The notes under the pieces: generated by a model
What the model was told of the DNA's origin: nothing
Database searches by the model: none
What the model saw: only the letters and a program-made list of their open reading frames with translations
Shown here: positions 51,601-64,000 of the stretch, in pieces
Numbering within the stretch: the first letter of the stretch is position 1
Layout: every line of letters starts with the position of its first letter
Translations under genes and position numbers: made by a program
Source: Okamejei kenojei
Lineage: Eukaryota
DNA: 64,000 nt
Assembly: GCA_035221665.1 (NCBI GenBank)
Contig: CM069149.1
Coordinates: 43,400,001-43,464,000, forward strand
Reading direction: 5' to 3'

Positions 51601-52824
51601 TAAATGATACCCCTCCCGTGTCTCTAAAGTGGGACTGAAAGTTAAAACTATTAAAACGCACAGAAACACCACGGTCAACTTGTTTCAACAGTTCTACCTT
51701 GTCTTATATCACGCAATGCCATCTGTGGCCACCCAGAGAACTAGTCTCGTGGTCACAGGAATCTTGTGTGCTCTCGTAATTTTGTCTGAATTAAAGGAGG
51801 TGCTAGACTATCAGTTGCCGGAAAATCAATGGTGTGCCTGTATTATAATGGATAGCTGAATGCTTGGATATAACAAAATCAGTTTAGGTCCACTCATTAT
51901 AGACCACAAATAGCACTCACACATTGAACTATCAAGTGCTGGAGCAGGGGAAATAGAGCACTTTTATTGCATGTTTGAGGGATATTTATATCTGTTTATA
52001 AACAGGCCATTATAATCTGATTCTAAGATATACATTGTGAGATAACTTTGAATGGGTTACACAGGCAGATACCAATGTTTCATGACAAAAAGATCCGTGG
52101 AGAATCAAAGTTAAGGGAAGAAATGGTTAACTTGAAATCCTGCTACATTTACAATGTCCCTAGAAGATGAGGATTTTGGCACAATACAGAGTACTCCAAG
52201 TGCAGCCAAGAAAGACAAGAACAAAATAAGCCCAATCATGCCAAAACACAGGCTCTGTAAAGTTGAACAGAATATTTTTCTATTTTCTGGCCAACTGTCT
52301 CTCCTCCCTTCCTGAAGGTGTTCATTCTTGCAGGGTTACATTTCAATGGATATTGGGAGTCCTCCAGTCGCTCGCTCAAGTGGTCATTATTCATGTATGT
52401 GCAGTGGATCAACATAGGCAAGCCTAAACCTGTCCCCAGTAAATCAACTAAAGTAACATCGTAGCTCCATAACTCTGTGCAACTCTATAACCAATAATAT
52501 GGAAAAATAAATAAATAAGCAGTACAACAAATGAGAAGGATGGTGAACCAAAGAGAATGAATTACAAGTTAAGGAAAGACTTAACTTGTAAAGCGAGGCA
52601 GGGAAGGAAAATTACATTCTAAAATTGACATTTAAAAATGTCTGACGACAAATTAATAAATGAGGCCAAATGCGTAGTAGTTAATTTTCAGTGCCAAGGA
52701 TATGACATATATATAGCAAACATACCACAATCTTGTGCAATTCAATGCATTTAATGTAACCCTAGGACAATGTTTCCAGCAGTAACTGGGGATTTCATCA
52801 TGAATCACAGCCTCACCTGCATAA

Positions 52825-54860
52825 AACATAAAGCACAGGAACATGCTCTTCGGCCCAGGACGTCTGTGCTGCAAATTAGATGATGCCAAATTAAAGTAAT
52901 CCCTTCTGCCTGCAAATGATCTATATCCCTCCCTTGATACGCCTATTTAAAAGACACAAATCCCATTCACCCATCTGTTTCCACCATCACCCTGGCAACA
53001 AGTTCCTGGCATCTATGACTCTGTAAAAAGAGTGATAGCCTCAAATATCTCCTTCAAATTTTCCACTTGCACTTTGTGTTTTGGCATGACTGGGCTTATG
53101 CCCTCTAGTCTTTGACGTTTCCACCCTGGGGAGAAAAAAAATTCTGATTGTCTACCTTCTCTTTGCCTGGTAATTTTATCACCTTCTATCAGGTTTCCAT
53201 TTCTGCCTCTGATGTCCAGAGGAATCAATCCATGTTTGTCCAACTTCTCCTCATATCTAATGCTCTCCAATCCAGGCAACATTGTGGTAAATCTCTTTTG
53301 AACATTTTCCAAAGCCTCCACGCTATTTCTGATCATTTGATTTGCCCAGTCGATATGTAGATCGAAGTCCCTATGCTTATATATGCTGTATTACCCTTGT
53401 TACATTTCGCCTTTTTTTCCTTATTTCTACTATATTGTGCACTACCATGATTGTTTGGGACCCACACACAATTCAAATCAATGTTGTCTACCCCTTGCTG
53501 CGCTTTTTCTGCCCCTTGCAGTTTCTGAGTTCCAGCCAAACTGATTATATTTCTTGATTTTCTGAGCTCAGATCTTTCCACTCTTTAGTCTTTAATTTAT
53601 ATTTCAACAGCACCACCTGCCTGCCCCCTTTTCCTTTCCCCCCCCATCTCCCCTAAAGTACCCTGGCATATTTAATTAACTTTGCAATCACATCTCTGCA
53701 CAGACTATTACATCACATATCATTATTTCCATCTGTCAGTAATTCACACATCTTGCTATGAATGATGTATGCATTCAATTTTAACTTTTTACATTTTTTT
53801 TCCTAACTTTGAATCTAATTGAAGGAATATGCATGTGTTTGAATGCACTGCCCTTTCCTGATAGTCTCTGGTTATCATTGTCCAATTTCCTCCATAGACA
53901 CTTCTGAAATTTCCTCTCTCCAGTACTCTCACCTCAGTATTTACAGCCCTTGCTATTCAGTTCACCAGAATGCTGGCTCCAACTTAATTAAACCTCTTCC
54001 TAACATAGTCTGTCCCCAATACTCATGCACTGTACACTGCTCATGTATACTCATGAAACCATTTCTCCCAAACAAATCTTTGTATCACTTATTCAGTTCT
54101 CTGAAGAAGCCAATTTGCATCTTGCCTAGATAATAATCAATATAATTTGGCCGGTGAGGTTCTGCATTTTAATTTGGATCCCAACTGTATTGACAGCTTC
54201 AGAATATGCTTCTTTGTTCTATCCACATCACTACAGCCCACATGCAGAATGACAAATGGAATATGATAAATTGATCTGTTCAGGCCTGGTCCGTTCCCCT
54301 GCAATTCCAAGACTGTATCCACAGGTCTGGTTCCAGATAGGCAAGGAGTCACACATGCAGCTGCAGGGAACAGCGTGCATCACCCTACCTATACCCTCCA
54401 ACCCACCACTATATTCCTTTTCACTCCCCCAGCATGAATGTACCCTTATAGAAAATAGCTGTGACTTGTTATTCATTCACTCTACAGCTCTGCTCTTGTC
54501 CACTTGGAGCGTAGTACTTTTGGACAAGTTCAAAGGCTGAAGCTCCTGTTACACCGTCTTCTTGATCCACATACCATATAACCATATAACCATATAACAA
54601 TTACAGCACGGAAACAGGCCCTCTCGGCCCTTCCAGTCCGTGCCGACCATTTGTTTTCCCCTAGTCCCATCTACCTGCGCTCAGACCATACCCTCCATTC
54701 CCTTCACGTCCATATACCTATCCACTTTAGTCTTAAATGTTAAAATCGATCCTGCCTCCACCACTTCTGCTGGAAGCTCATTCCACACAGCCACCACCCT
54801 CTGAGTAAAGAAGTTCCCCCTCACGTTACCCCAAAACTTCTGTCCCTTAATTCTCATGTC
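52825..54860 (-). mobile_element. Antisense CR1 fragments (3' piece 52825-53325; old ORF1/APE piece about 53330-54570; young 3' tail 54571-54860)
   Basis: ALENVQKRFTTMLPGLESIRYEEKL; (accatata)n tail at 54571-54597. Confidence 0.7.
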
Positions 54861-56034
54861 TCACTTGTTGTCATATCAATAAATATTTGCTATGCAATAG
54901 AATTTATAGTCCACCCAGTCCTGATAATGCTAGATTAGAGCCATGGCTACTATTTTTATTCTAAATTTACACTTCAGATTTTAATGATGCTGGCAGGTCC
55001 ATCTTTATTGCCCATCCTCTATTTCCCAGGGAAGGTAGATGTGGTAGAGATTGTGTATTTTGCAACCATAGTTTCTTAGTAGCAGTTATTACTCATAGGA
55101 AGAACAAAAAATTGCGCATTGCGATTTGTGTAATCTAAACTGTTACTGCTAGAGGGACAAGTGGGACGTTGCTTTCAGATTTTTTTTTTTTACTTTTTAT
55201 AAACAAACTACAAGTTAATGCTGTAGATTTTACGAGCATACTACAGACAAATTAAATAAAAAGGCTGGAATGCCATATAATTAATATGCTAATAAGCTGT
55301 TTCCCAATACATTAATAATAATTTACTAGTTTTCTAGAAAAACCAACATATTGGAATCTTGTAGATAACATTTTCTGGCCTCCTAGTAAAAGAGGTACGG
55401 ACAGTAACTAGAATGCAGGCGAGAAAAACCAGATTTAGTCAGAACAACATTATTATGGAAAAACATCAATACGTAATCTGGATTATTAAGGCTATTTTCC
55501 AGCATTCCCAAAAATCATTACATCACTATAATCGAAACAGATAAATCTGCACAAGTGGACTCTTACAAACAAGACATACAGCCTACTCATATAAGTGATC
55601 TCATTGTAACGTGTGTGGTATTTATGGTAGTTCTTTATTTGTAAGAGGATTTTTGTGCAACTTATTTACTCCAAAAGACCAAACATAATTTGTGAAAACA
55701 TCTTCAAGTGCTGGAAATTTGTATAATATAAAGCACTTTTAAACTTTTGCTGAAATGTTTAAAATCTACTTAAACTAACTTTAAAAATAAATACATCAAC
55801 ATCTTTATCTTGAATTAAAAAATCTTTATAACAATGAAACATTCACTTATCATTTACTGATAATTTAGTTTTGCTCAAAACAAGGAGTCAGTTTTGATTA
55901 AAAGTAATTATTGACATTGTTGGCTGATTTGCCATCAACTCAGCCTAATCCTAAGCATAAGAATGAGGTCCAGAATAATATTCAACTGATAGAGATAATA
56001 ATCAAAGATTGTTGATGAATTAATAAATACTTAC

Positions 56035-56209
56035 ATGCAATTTATTGATTTGACTATATATCAGAAAGGTGCATTGTGGTGCAAAGTTAATATTTGGATT
56101 GATGCAATTTGTATCCTTCAATACTGTTGTAATGGTGAACCACTTAGACGAGAACGTTGCCAGTTTCAAGCTGTGCTAATTAATCTCAGCTGGTTTAGCA
56201 TTAATGGTG
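56035..56209 (-). ncRNA. Candidate non-coding exon (175 nt)
   Basis: Acceptor tttatatgttaacctgcag and donor CAT|gtaagt; all frames closed from this acceptor. Confidence 0.4.
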
Positions 56210-56504
56210 CTGCAGGTTAACATATAAACGTAGGCTAACCACTATCCAATGAACTCTAGTTTTAAAAAAAGATTGCATGTCTCGACAAAATTACGACTGA
56301 AACAGTATTCATGTTTGAGTTGCCAGCTGATATGTGATGTATTACTACATATGATCATTTGTGAAGTATGATAGAAATACCAGACCTGTACCACGCCTCA
56401 AAATCAGTGCTTTCGGAAAGAATTTGATGGCTATTGGAAAGTTTTGCAATGAGCGCTTTAATAAAAGGCAACCTTGCCTTTAGATGGTAACTTTAACGTT
56501 AGGC

Positions 56505-56698
56505 CAGGTGGTCCCAACCTTTCTCATCCCGTTTACCCCTGGCAACTTTAATAGCACATGACAATGTTAGCTCACTTATTTATGTACGACTAATGATGAA
56601 CAGATACCAGTATACCAGAACCAAACACAGTCAGTCAATGAGAAAAATTTGTACAAATCCTGAATCAACAAAGATTTACCCCAGGTTGGGAACCCTTG
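56505..56698. mobile_element. Small hAT-like MITE
   Basis: CAGGTGGTCCCAACC / GGTTGGGAACCCTTG termini; TTTACCCC subterminal repeats; degenerate TSD. Confidence 0.6.
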
Positions 56699-57029
56699 TG
56701 TTCAGGTATCTTAAAGTACATAACTGGTAGTTTTGTGGTTACCATTACTTGATGTCAACCAAGGATAATTCTTATTGAATTTAAGTTTGGCAGCTGCTAT
56801 GGTGAGATTTTAACATGTGTCTCGAGATAAACACGGCAGGCTGCTGTTTTTGGTAGTTTAATGTTATCTTGATCTATAGCATTTCAGGTCGAGACCTTTC
56901 CTCAGTCTAAAGAAGGGTCTCGAACCAAAACGTCACCCATTCCTTCTCTCCAGAGATGCTGTCTGTCCTGCTGACAAACATTTTGTGTCTAGCTTCGATT
57001 TAAATCAGCATCTGCAGTTCTTTCCTATA

Positions 57030-57410
57030 TGTATTGAGTGTAGAAGTTGGATGGTCATGTTACAGTTGTACAAAACATTGGTAAGGTCACATTTAGAGTA
57101 CTGCGTTCCGTTTTAGTCACCCTGTTATAGGTAAGATGTTGTTAAGCTGGACAGGGTGCAAAACAGATTTACGAGGATATTACCAGGATTCAAGAGCTTT
57201 TGCGAGATGTTGAGCAAGCTAGGACTTTGTTTCTTGGAGCGCAAGAGGGTTAGGTGTACAAGAGGTTATAGAGGTGTATAAGATCATGAGAGGAATGGAT
57301 AGGGTAAATGCACCGAGTCTTTTACCCCAAGTAGGAGAATCGTGAACCACAGAACATAGGTTTAAGGAGAGGGTGGATAGATTTAATAGGAACCTGAGGG
57401 GCAACATTTT
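57030..57410 (+). mobile_element. CR1 ORF2 3' fragment, preceded by a Penelope tail at 56880-57025
   Basis: LQLYKTLVRSHLEYCVPF..P / RVQNRFTRILPG / HRFKERVDRFNRNLRGN. Confidence 0.8.
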
Positions 57411-58419
57411 TTCATATTTAGTTTTAAATTGTGGTCAACTGAAAGTTTCTGAATACGTCATAAATATACAACATTGGCCTTGTGTTTATTACTGTTTTTT
57501 TAATGACTCGCGATTATTAAGGATAGTAAAAATACATTATCCATACCAGTAAAATAAGAGATCAAGATAAGAGCCAATAAAACATTGTGCCCTATCCTTC
57601 TCACTATCAGCAGATTTTTCATTCCATCTGCATACTTACTCATCATTTCTGCTACATTGTACAACAAACAGTAGTGGTCCCAGCAGCATTTGAAATAGTA
57701 AACTACCGGATGCAGGCTTCAATCACTAAAATCAATCCTCGACCATCACCTCCGTTATTAAGCCAATTTTGGATTCTAATATTTTGAAACATACTTCCAT
57801 GTAGGACCTTGACAAATACCTTATTGAAGTCCATGTAGATTACATCATACACGGTGCCCTCATCAATACATTATGTTACCTCTTTGTAAAATTCAATCAA
57901 ATTGGTCAGATAAGATTGCCCCTAACAAAACGTTTGATTAACCCCTGCCTTTCCAAGTGTAGGCTAATCCTGTCCCACAGATTTTTTCCAATAGCTACAG
58001 ACAGATCACAGAGCTGTAATTACATGTTTATCCCTGCTCAGGTAATAATGGAGAATTTGAAGTCCCCTGCTGTCATAACCCCTCTCACAACTTTTCATGT
58101 CCGTATTACTCTGCTGGCATACAATTCATCCGTTTTGGACTGTTTCACCATTGCTCTATAAATGGTGTAAATGAAATCAAAACCTCCCGCACCATCCCCT
58201 CAGCCATGCATTCATCCATTATATCCTCCAATTTTGGTATTTGTTAGCACATAGCACTGGGAGTAATCCTGAGACTGTAACCTCAAGAATGGTAATGGAA
58301 TGTAATCCTAATAAATGTAAGGTAATGCACTTTGCAAGGAATAATAAGGATATGACACACACCATGAATAATGGGGGCATCAAATGGCTCAGGGGGCATC
58401 AAATGGAGCTAGAGAGGCT

Positions 58420-59355
58420 CTGCATCTGTAGAGGGAGATGGATATTCACCATTTCAATTCATGACCCTATATCTGAGCTGAAATAGAGGGGTGATAGGCA
58501 GTGTAAAGAGGTGCAGGGTAGGACAAGAATAAGCAAGCAATCAGTGGATACAGATGAGAAGAAGGAGGGTTTCGGCCTGAAACGTTGCCTATCTCCTTCA
58601 CTCCTTAGATGCTGCTGCACCCGCTGAGTTTCTCCAGCTTTTTGTGTACCCCAGATAAGAAGGGGTTGATTGGCAGATGGAGTCAGCAAAAGGGGCCGAG
58701 AGGTCAATAGGTGGAGGCAACAAAAACAGGTGGGGCTGCAGATGATGAAATCTGATGGTAAAGGAAGGTGAGGTATGGATCCAGATGATGGAGGCAAGAC
58801 AGATGGGAACTATGGATTGGAGAAGGGGAGGAGGGCTGATGGGATCCAGTGAGAGGAGTGTGTGGGTGATGGAAAGATGAAATTGGTGGGAGAGGGGAAA
58901 GAAATGGGTCTTGGGGGCTGGGATTGAAAAGGAGAAAGTGCATGTGAAACAACCTAGGGAGACAGATTGGGACAGAGGGGAAGCAAGTTACCTGAAATTG
59001 GAGAATTCAATATTCATGCCATTAGGTTGTAGACTAGCCAGGTAGAATACGAGGTGCTGTTCCTCTTGTTTGCATTTTGCCTCAATTTGCAGTGAAAGAG
59101 GATGGGGAAGGTTGGTGTGGGAAAGGGAACTGCAATTAAAATAGCTTGCGGCTGGGAGCACTAGAAGGCCATGGTGGGCAGAAAGCAGGTTCCCTCAACA
59201 AAGTTGTCTTACTGCTGCAGAGGAGGCGACATCAAGGGCACTGAATGCAATAGACAAAGATGGAGGTGGTGCAAGTGATTCCCTACCTCACTGGGAAGGG
59301 TAGTTTAGGCCCCCAAATGACAGCAAGGGAGGAGGTGCAACACTTCCGACAGTTG
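58420..59355 (-). mobile_element. Penelope-like element fragment with GIY-YIG endonuclease remnant and a nested younger tail at about 58562-58651
   Basis: Minus strand CTSSLAVIWGPKLPFPVR*GITCTTSIFVYCIQCP*C... and QEEQHLVFYLASLQPNGMNIEFSNFR; the nested tail is flanked by cagat(g/a)agaag. Confidence 0.75.
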
Positions 59356-59784
59356 CAGAGGTAAGTTCCAACAAAATGGGAGTGATGTGAAAAACCATCA
59401 AGGAGAGTGTGAATCCTACAGAAGGCAGAATGGAGTAGGGAGGAGAAAATAATCAAACTCACATGCATGTTCAGTTTGTGAAGTACCATGTCTAAAATAA
59501 TGCATGACTTGAAAATGGGTTCTGTGTAAAGCAGCTTGCCTTTTTTTGTTTAAGATCTACAATTAATTATTTTAGCCATCACTGTATCCCCAGGACTATG
59601 CACCCAGCTGGCAGAGCATCCTGTGAAACATTGCCTTGAAACAAGCAGGTGAAGAGATTACACCCCCTATTAACACAGTTTGTTAATTAACATACAATGC
59701 ATCCTCTCTGTACTCATGAAATTTGCCTTGAAAACTTACTAAACACTAAAACAAAAGCAAATAATGATACTTAAGTATTCATAC

Positions 59785-59862
59785 CTGGAATTATGAATGT
59801 ATTTTGGACACAGATGCAATAGAACTATCAAATCAGAGTAACTTGCCCATTTGTATTCCCTC
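59785..59862 (-). other. Candidate 78-nt exon (one open frame REYKWASYSDLIVLLHLCPKYIHNS)
   Basis: Strong acceptor ttttgcaatttgtcttctgtctacag and donor CAG|gtatga. Confidence 0.5.
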
Positions 59863-60982
59863 CTGTAGACAGAAGACAAATTGCAAAATTAGTAAGGAAT
59901 TTAAATATTTGCGTAAGAGCAGACGATAAAGTTATTTAATCATTTAATTTGTTTTTAGTTCTTCGAGTTTCAGCACTGTCTTTCTTCCAAAACATGTATT
60001 TGGCTTCTGTCCCTTCTTTTTAGCTGTAACAAGTTGCATGCTACACGGCCTGTCTGAGGCTATCTCATCAATGTTATTCCTTCCTGTACAGTGCACTGCC
60101 TCTAACAAGGCATTGATGCAAGATGCTATATTTAATGACAAGTCGTCCTTTTCACCATAATCTGAAAATAGGGGAAAATGCTGTGAAAACAGAATAACAC
60201 CAGTCACCTCCTCTTAAAAGAACGTTATGCCCTTATGAACATACAGTTTTGTTGGAGGAAAGAGTAACTTCTCTGTCTGGGATGGACTAAACCACTGAAC
60301 CACAAAAGTATTAGTAGACTAAGCAAATGGGCAAACTGTGGCAATAGATTTTCAACATATACATATGTAGAATGGCATTTTCAAAACCAGGAAAAAAAGC
60401 TAGAAGGTTTCAAAGGTTTTTTTATTGTCACATGTACCAATTAAGGTACAGTGATATGCAAATGACCTTATAGCCATACGGAAAAAAAAGCAACACAAGA
60501 CAACAAAGCGGAAGCCAATGGTCCAAAGAAAGTGAGGTTCACAGAGACGGATCATTAAACTATTATTGGTAGGTCAAAAGAAAAATCAAAAATGGCCAAT
60601 GGAAAAGTAGCCACCACATTGAAAGGACTTGAGTACAACTGGTTACAAGTTATGTAACAGTAGTACAAGTTATAATTAAAACCCATTCAGAATACAGAGC
60701 AGTTCTGAATGGCATATCTAAGGAATGATACACAGGCTTGGAGGAAACAGGATATCTCAGTAACCAGAGATTACCCCGAAGGTTGAGATGATCTGATTCA
60801 AATTTTCAAGAGATGTCTTCATGCCCTTCTACAACATAGACAGCCTTCCTTTGGCGCTCAAAGCATTTCCTCACTCATTTCCCTGTAATCTGCCCTCTTT
60901 CACGTTACCCATGACTCCATGATTCTGGTCCTGCTCGCCTCCACTAGAGGTTATTTAAACTAGCCATTAATCTACCAATCAA

Positions 60983-61210
60983 TAGGTTAGAAACAAGGAA
61001 CTGCAGATGCTGGTTTGCACAAAGGGACGCAAAGTGCTCGAGTAATTCAGGGGTTCAGGCAACATCTACGGAAAACATGGATAGATTACGTTTTGGGTCG
61101 GGACGTCTGAAGAAGTATCTCGAACAGAAACATCACCTCTCCCCGTTCACCAGAGGATGCTGCCTGAATCCCTGGGTTACCACAGCACTCTTGTGTCCTT
61201 TCGTGTAAAC
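60983..61210. mobile_element. Fold-back Penelope-tail element with 11-bp TSD, inserted into a SINE body
   Basis: TSD ctaccaatcaa at 60972-60982 and 61211-61221; inverted arms around tctgaagaagtatctcgaacagaaacatc. Confidence 0.75.
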
Positions 61211-61899
61211 CTACCAATCAACATGCCTTGGGGAAATTTATAATTAGAACAACGTCAGTCAAAAGTAAAGTTAAGAAATTAAACGGTGATAAAAATGTGG
61301 AAGTCTGTTCCAGGTTAGCTGTTGATTTAAAACCTAAGATTGTTTAATAACATTTTAAGGAATAAATAGAAAAGTAGGAAAAATTGAGCTAAGCTCACTG
61401 AATGCTAAAAACAAATCTCGGTTAAATAGCCTCATCCTGTTCTATCCTGTAACTCGCTTTCTCATTCTGAAATATTTATCTTATTGTTCAGGTAATTTTG
61501 AAACGTTTACAGGAAATTAACGGTAGGTAGACACAACATGCTGGAGTAACTCAGCGGGACAGGCAGCGTCTCTAGAGAGAAGGAATGGGTAACGTCTCGG
61601 GTCGAGACCCTTCTTCAGACTGATGTAAATGAACGATATTTTTGCAATATTTCAAAATGCATTCGATTTGGATTAATAAAATATGGTGTATGCAGAATAA
61701 TCCCTGCTTTTAGGAGAATGTGTCCGTGTATTTTTTTAAACGTTTTAAATAAACAGCTCAAACAAAACACAGCTATTTTTAATTAAGCTATTACGTTTAC
61801 ACAACAAAAATGCATTTTTTTTTTAAATGGACCGCTTAAAATTAATTACTCTCTGCATTAAATATGCCATTTTTTCGATGTGGGTTCGGCAGTTTACAG

Positions 61900-63320
61900 A
61901 AGAATATTTCACAGCTAACCGCCGATGCATAGCCATACCTCTCTTCCGATACCTGGAAAATCCTTAGGTCCTGGATCTAACCAAGACAATTTACAATTGT
62001 TAGCATTTCTTTTCCAACTGTTTCGGAATTTTCCATACGTTAAAGCTCGTGATGACGACATACAAACCTTAAAAATAATATATATTTTGTTTCAAATGCT
62101 AATGTTTTACATACACAATTATTAGACTTGATTAAATCGAAATAACGGAATCATTTTTCAGTGACCTAAACGGTTTCCAGCACGTTAAACAAGTTCCTTT
62201 CAAACAATAAATCAACAAACGCACTTTTGAAGAGACTGGGGGGTGGGACGATAAAACAGCTCAAGGCAATAATTCAGCAAAGAAATTAGCTCCGGTCCGC
62301 TCTCTGGCAATACTCAGCTTTGTTCCATTTATTTCTCTCTCCGAAATACTTTTGTTCGCCCCGTCGCTAGCGACAATCATCACGTTTTTCTTTAAATCAC
62401 ACATAGACTCGAACACTGAAGGGAGCTCCGCCGAGAGCCCAACAAAACGCGCTGACTGGACCGAGACAAGATGCGAGGAGCTCCTGGCCTGTCTCACACG
62501 CCAGCCTCACACAGGAACAGCTAGTTACACGTTATGTGCAATGAGAACTCGCATTTGGTTCAATATCTGCCTTGTTTTGCAAAGTAAAATTAAGGCAGGC
62601 AGCAAAATACGCAGAAGGTAGATACAAGGAACTGCAGATGGTTCTATCAACACAGAATACCTCGGTTTTGTTAGCTCGATGCAAGGTTAGTTCCACAGCC
62701 CTTCTCGCCCTTTTCAACTTACTTTCAAGACACACCGTTGCCTTCTTTCAATCTATTCCATTTTCAGAGCACATCGTCGCCGTTTCCTGCTTTTAGCTCA
62801 TAGCTCATAGGATCGTGGTTGCTAAAGGTGAGTTGTCTTCAGCCAATCGCCATCCGTGTTATCCCTGAGGTTCACACCTGGCCCGTTGGTTATCTCTGAC
62901 TCTATCAAATGAACCAAGCAAGGAATGCAGACGGTAAGGAAGGAGTTATTGATCCGATCCGGTAACTGTCCCCATAACTGCATCATTCCCCGTGAATTGG
63001 AACCAGAACCTTTCATAAAGGGGGCAACCAATTTCCAATTCCCATCTGCAACTTGGTCGCTGCGGCTCTATTATTTTTTTTTTGTCAATTGGGCTTGCAA
63101 CGAATTCACTCCTCCCACAGCATTGCTCCCAATTCACACCGATGTTACAGTTCCATTATCATATACATTGGTTTCAATGTCAAATTGTGCGTTATTACTG
63201 ATTCTCCACAAAATCATATCCAGTCGGCATCTTAAATACACTAATGGATTGATTATTCTGCTTCACAATACCTCGTGGGAAAAGATAACCGACTATTTCA
63301 CAAAGATCTCAACGGGTAAA
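61900..63320. promoter_or_regulatory. CpG-rich promoter-like island
   Basis: Visible CpG enrichment over the rest of the unique DNA; NF-Y site AGCCAATCG (62841-62849); RFX half-site GTTGCTA (62818); YAACKG MYB motifs at 62143, 62735, 62883, 62963, 62975 and 63310. Confidence 0.65.
62723..62820 (-). ncRNA. Candidate first exon of a leftward transcript (TSS approximate)
   Basis: Donor AAA|gtaagt at 62722 inside the CpG island; every ATG in the segment is followed by a nearby stop. Confidence 0.4.
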
Positions 63321-63749
63321 CATAAGGACAGACCACCAATTAACGAATAACGAATTGGTTTAAGTGTGTTTTGGGGACATTGTGGAACCAATGTATGTGC
63401 AAAGACGATATTTTGAAAAGGGCTGACAAAAGTATTGCAATATGTAGTATCTTTAACAAAAAAAATAGAACTGGATTATTAAGAGTCAAATAATAGAATG
63501 GAATGGAATAGAATAGTCAAAGAATGTCAAACCAGACAAGAAAAGCTGAGAGACTATGGTGGGTAAAGGCAAGGTGTAAGACTAAATGAAGACAAAAAAT
63601 GCTGGAGACAATTAGCAGGTCAGATATTACCTGTGAAAGATAACAGAAGTAATAGATCAGATCAAAAACCCAACTACTGACTGATTCCAGCATTTTCAGT
63701 TTTTATTTCAGATTTCCAGTATTTCAGCCCCCTCTCCCCAAGTCGTAGA

Positions 63750-64000
63750 GCTATTCAACATAGAAACAGGCACTTCAGCTCACCATACTGACCAAGTTGG
63801 CATTCTGAGCACGTCCCCTTTGTCTGCATTTATCCCAAAGCCCTCTAAACTTTTGCTATCTATATATGATCAGCCATGATCTATATTGAATGGCGGTGCT
63901 GGATCAAAGGGCCGAATGGCCTATTCCTGCACCCCTTTAGCCGCTCATGCCAGATATAGACTACCCTCTGGGTCAAAAGTTTCTCTTGGGGTCTCTTGTT
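63750..64000 (-). mobile_element. CR1 3' fragment with a sense CR1 tail inserted at about 63866-63933
   Basis: Antisense 3'UTR words; sense gatcagccatgat...ggccgaatggcctattcctgcacc. Confidence 0.65.

Noticed and set aside
59944-60207. 87-aa minus-strand ORF with an acceptor-like site at about 60161
   Set aside because: No recognisable homology and no in-frame upstream coding exon; not called as a CDS.
62261-63350. ORFs of 60-141 aa in the CpG island
   Set aside because: No recognisable domains, and several use non-ATG starts.

Overview
AT-rich vertebrate genomic DNA. The repeat content (CR1 LINEs with SGNH-esterase ORF1, Rex1/Babar and Tx1 fragments, V-SINE/HE1-like pieces, many Penelope-derived tails) points to a cartilaginous fish, probably a skate or ray; this is inference. 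I found no intact host protein-coding gene. Mobile DNA dominates: a near-intact CR1 (3973-7760), a dead full-length IR/DR Tc1 (41374-43018), a non-autonomous Helitron with two 5' ends (24951-26198), hAT and Harbinger-like MITEs, and many short Penelope-type elements carrying minimal hammerhead ribozyme motifs with 11-14 bp TSDs. The most unusual item is a TA-flanked Tigger/pogo-like MITE (13500-14427) carrying two head-to-head, identically deleted histone H1 globular-domain fragments. Unique DNA holds a CpG-rich promoter-like island at about 61.9-63.3 kb with NF-Y, RFX-like and clustered MYB motifs. It also holds a series of minus-strand splice-flanked, mostly ORF-closed segments (candidate multi-exon lncRNA) and several CNE-like blocks. 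All calls were made by eye, and boundaries of degraded repeats are approximate.
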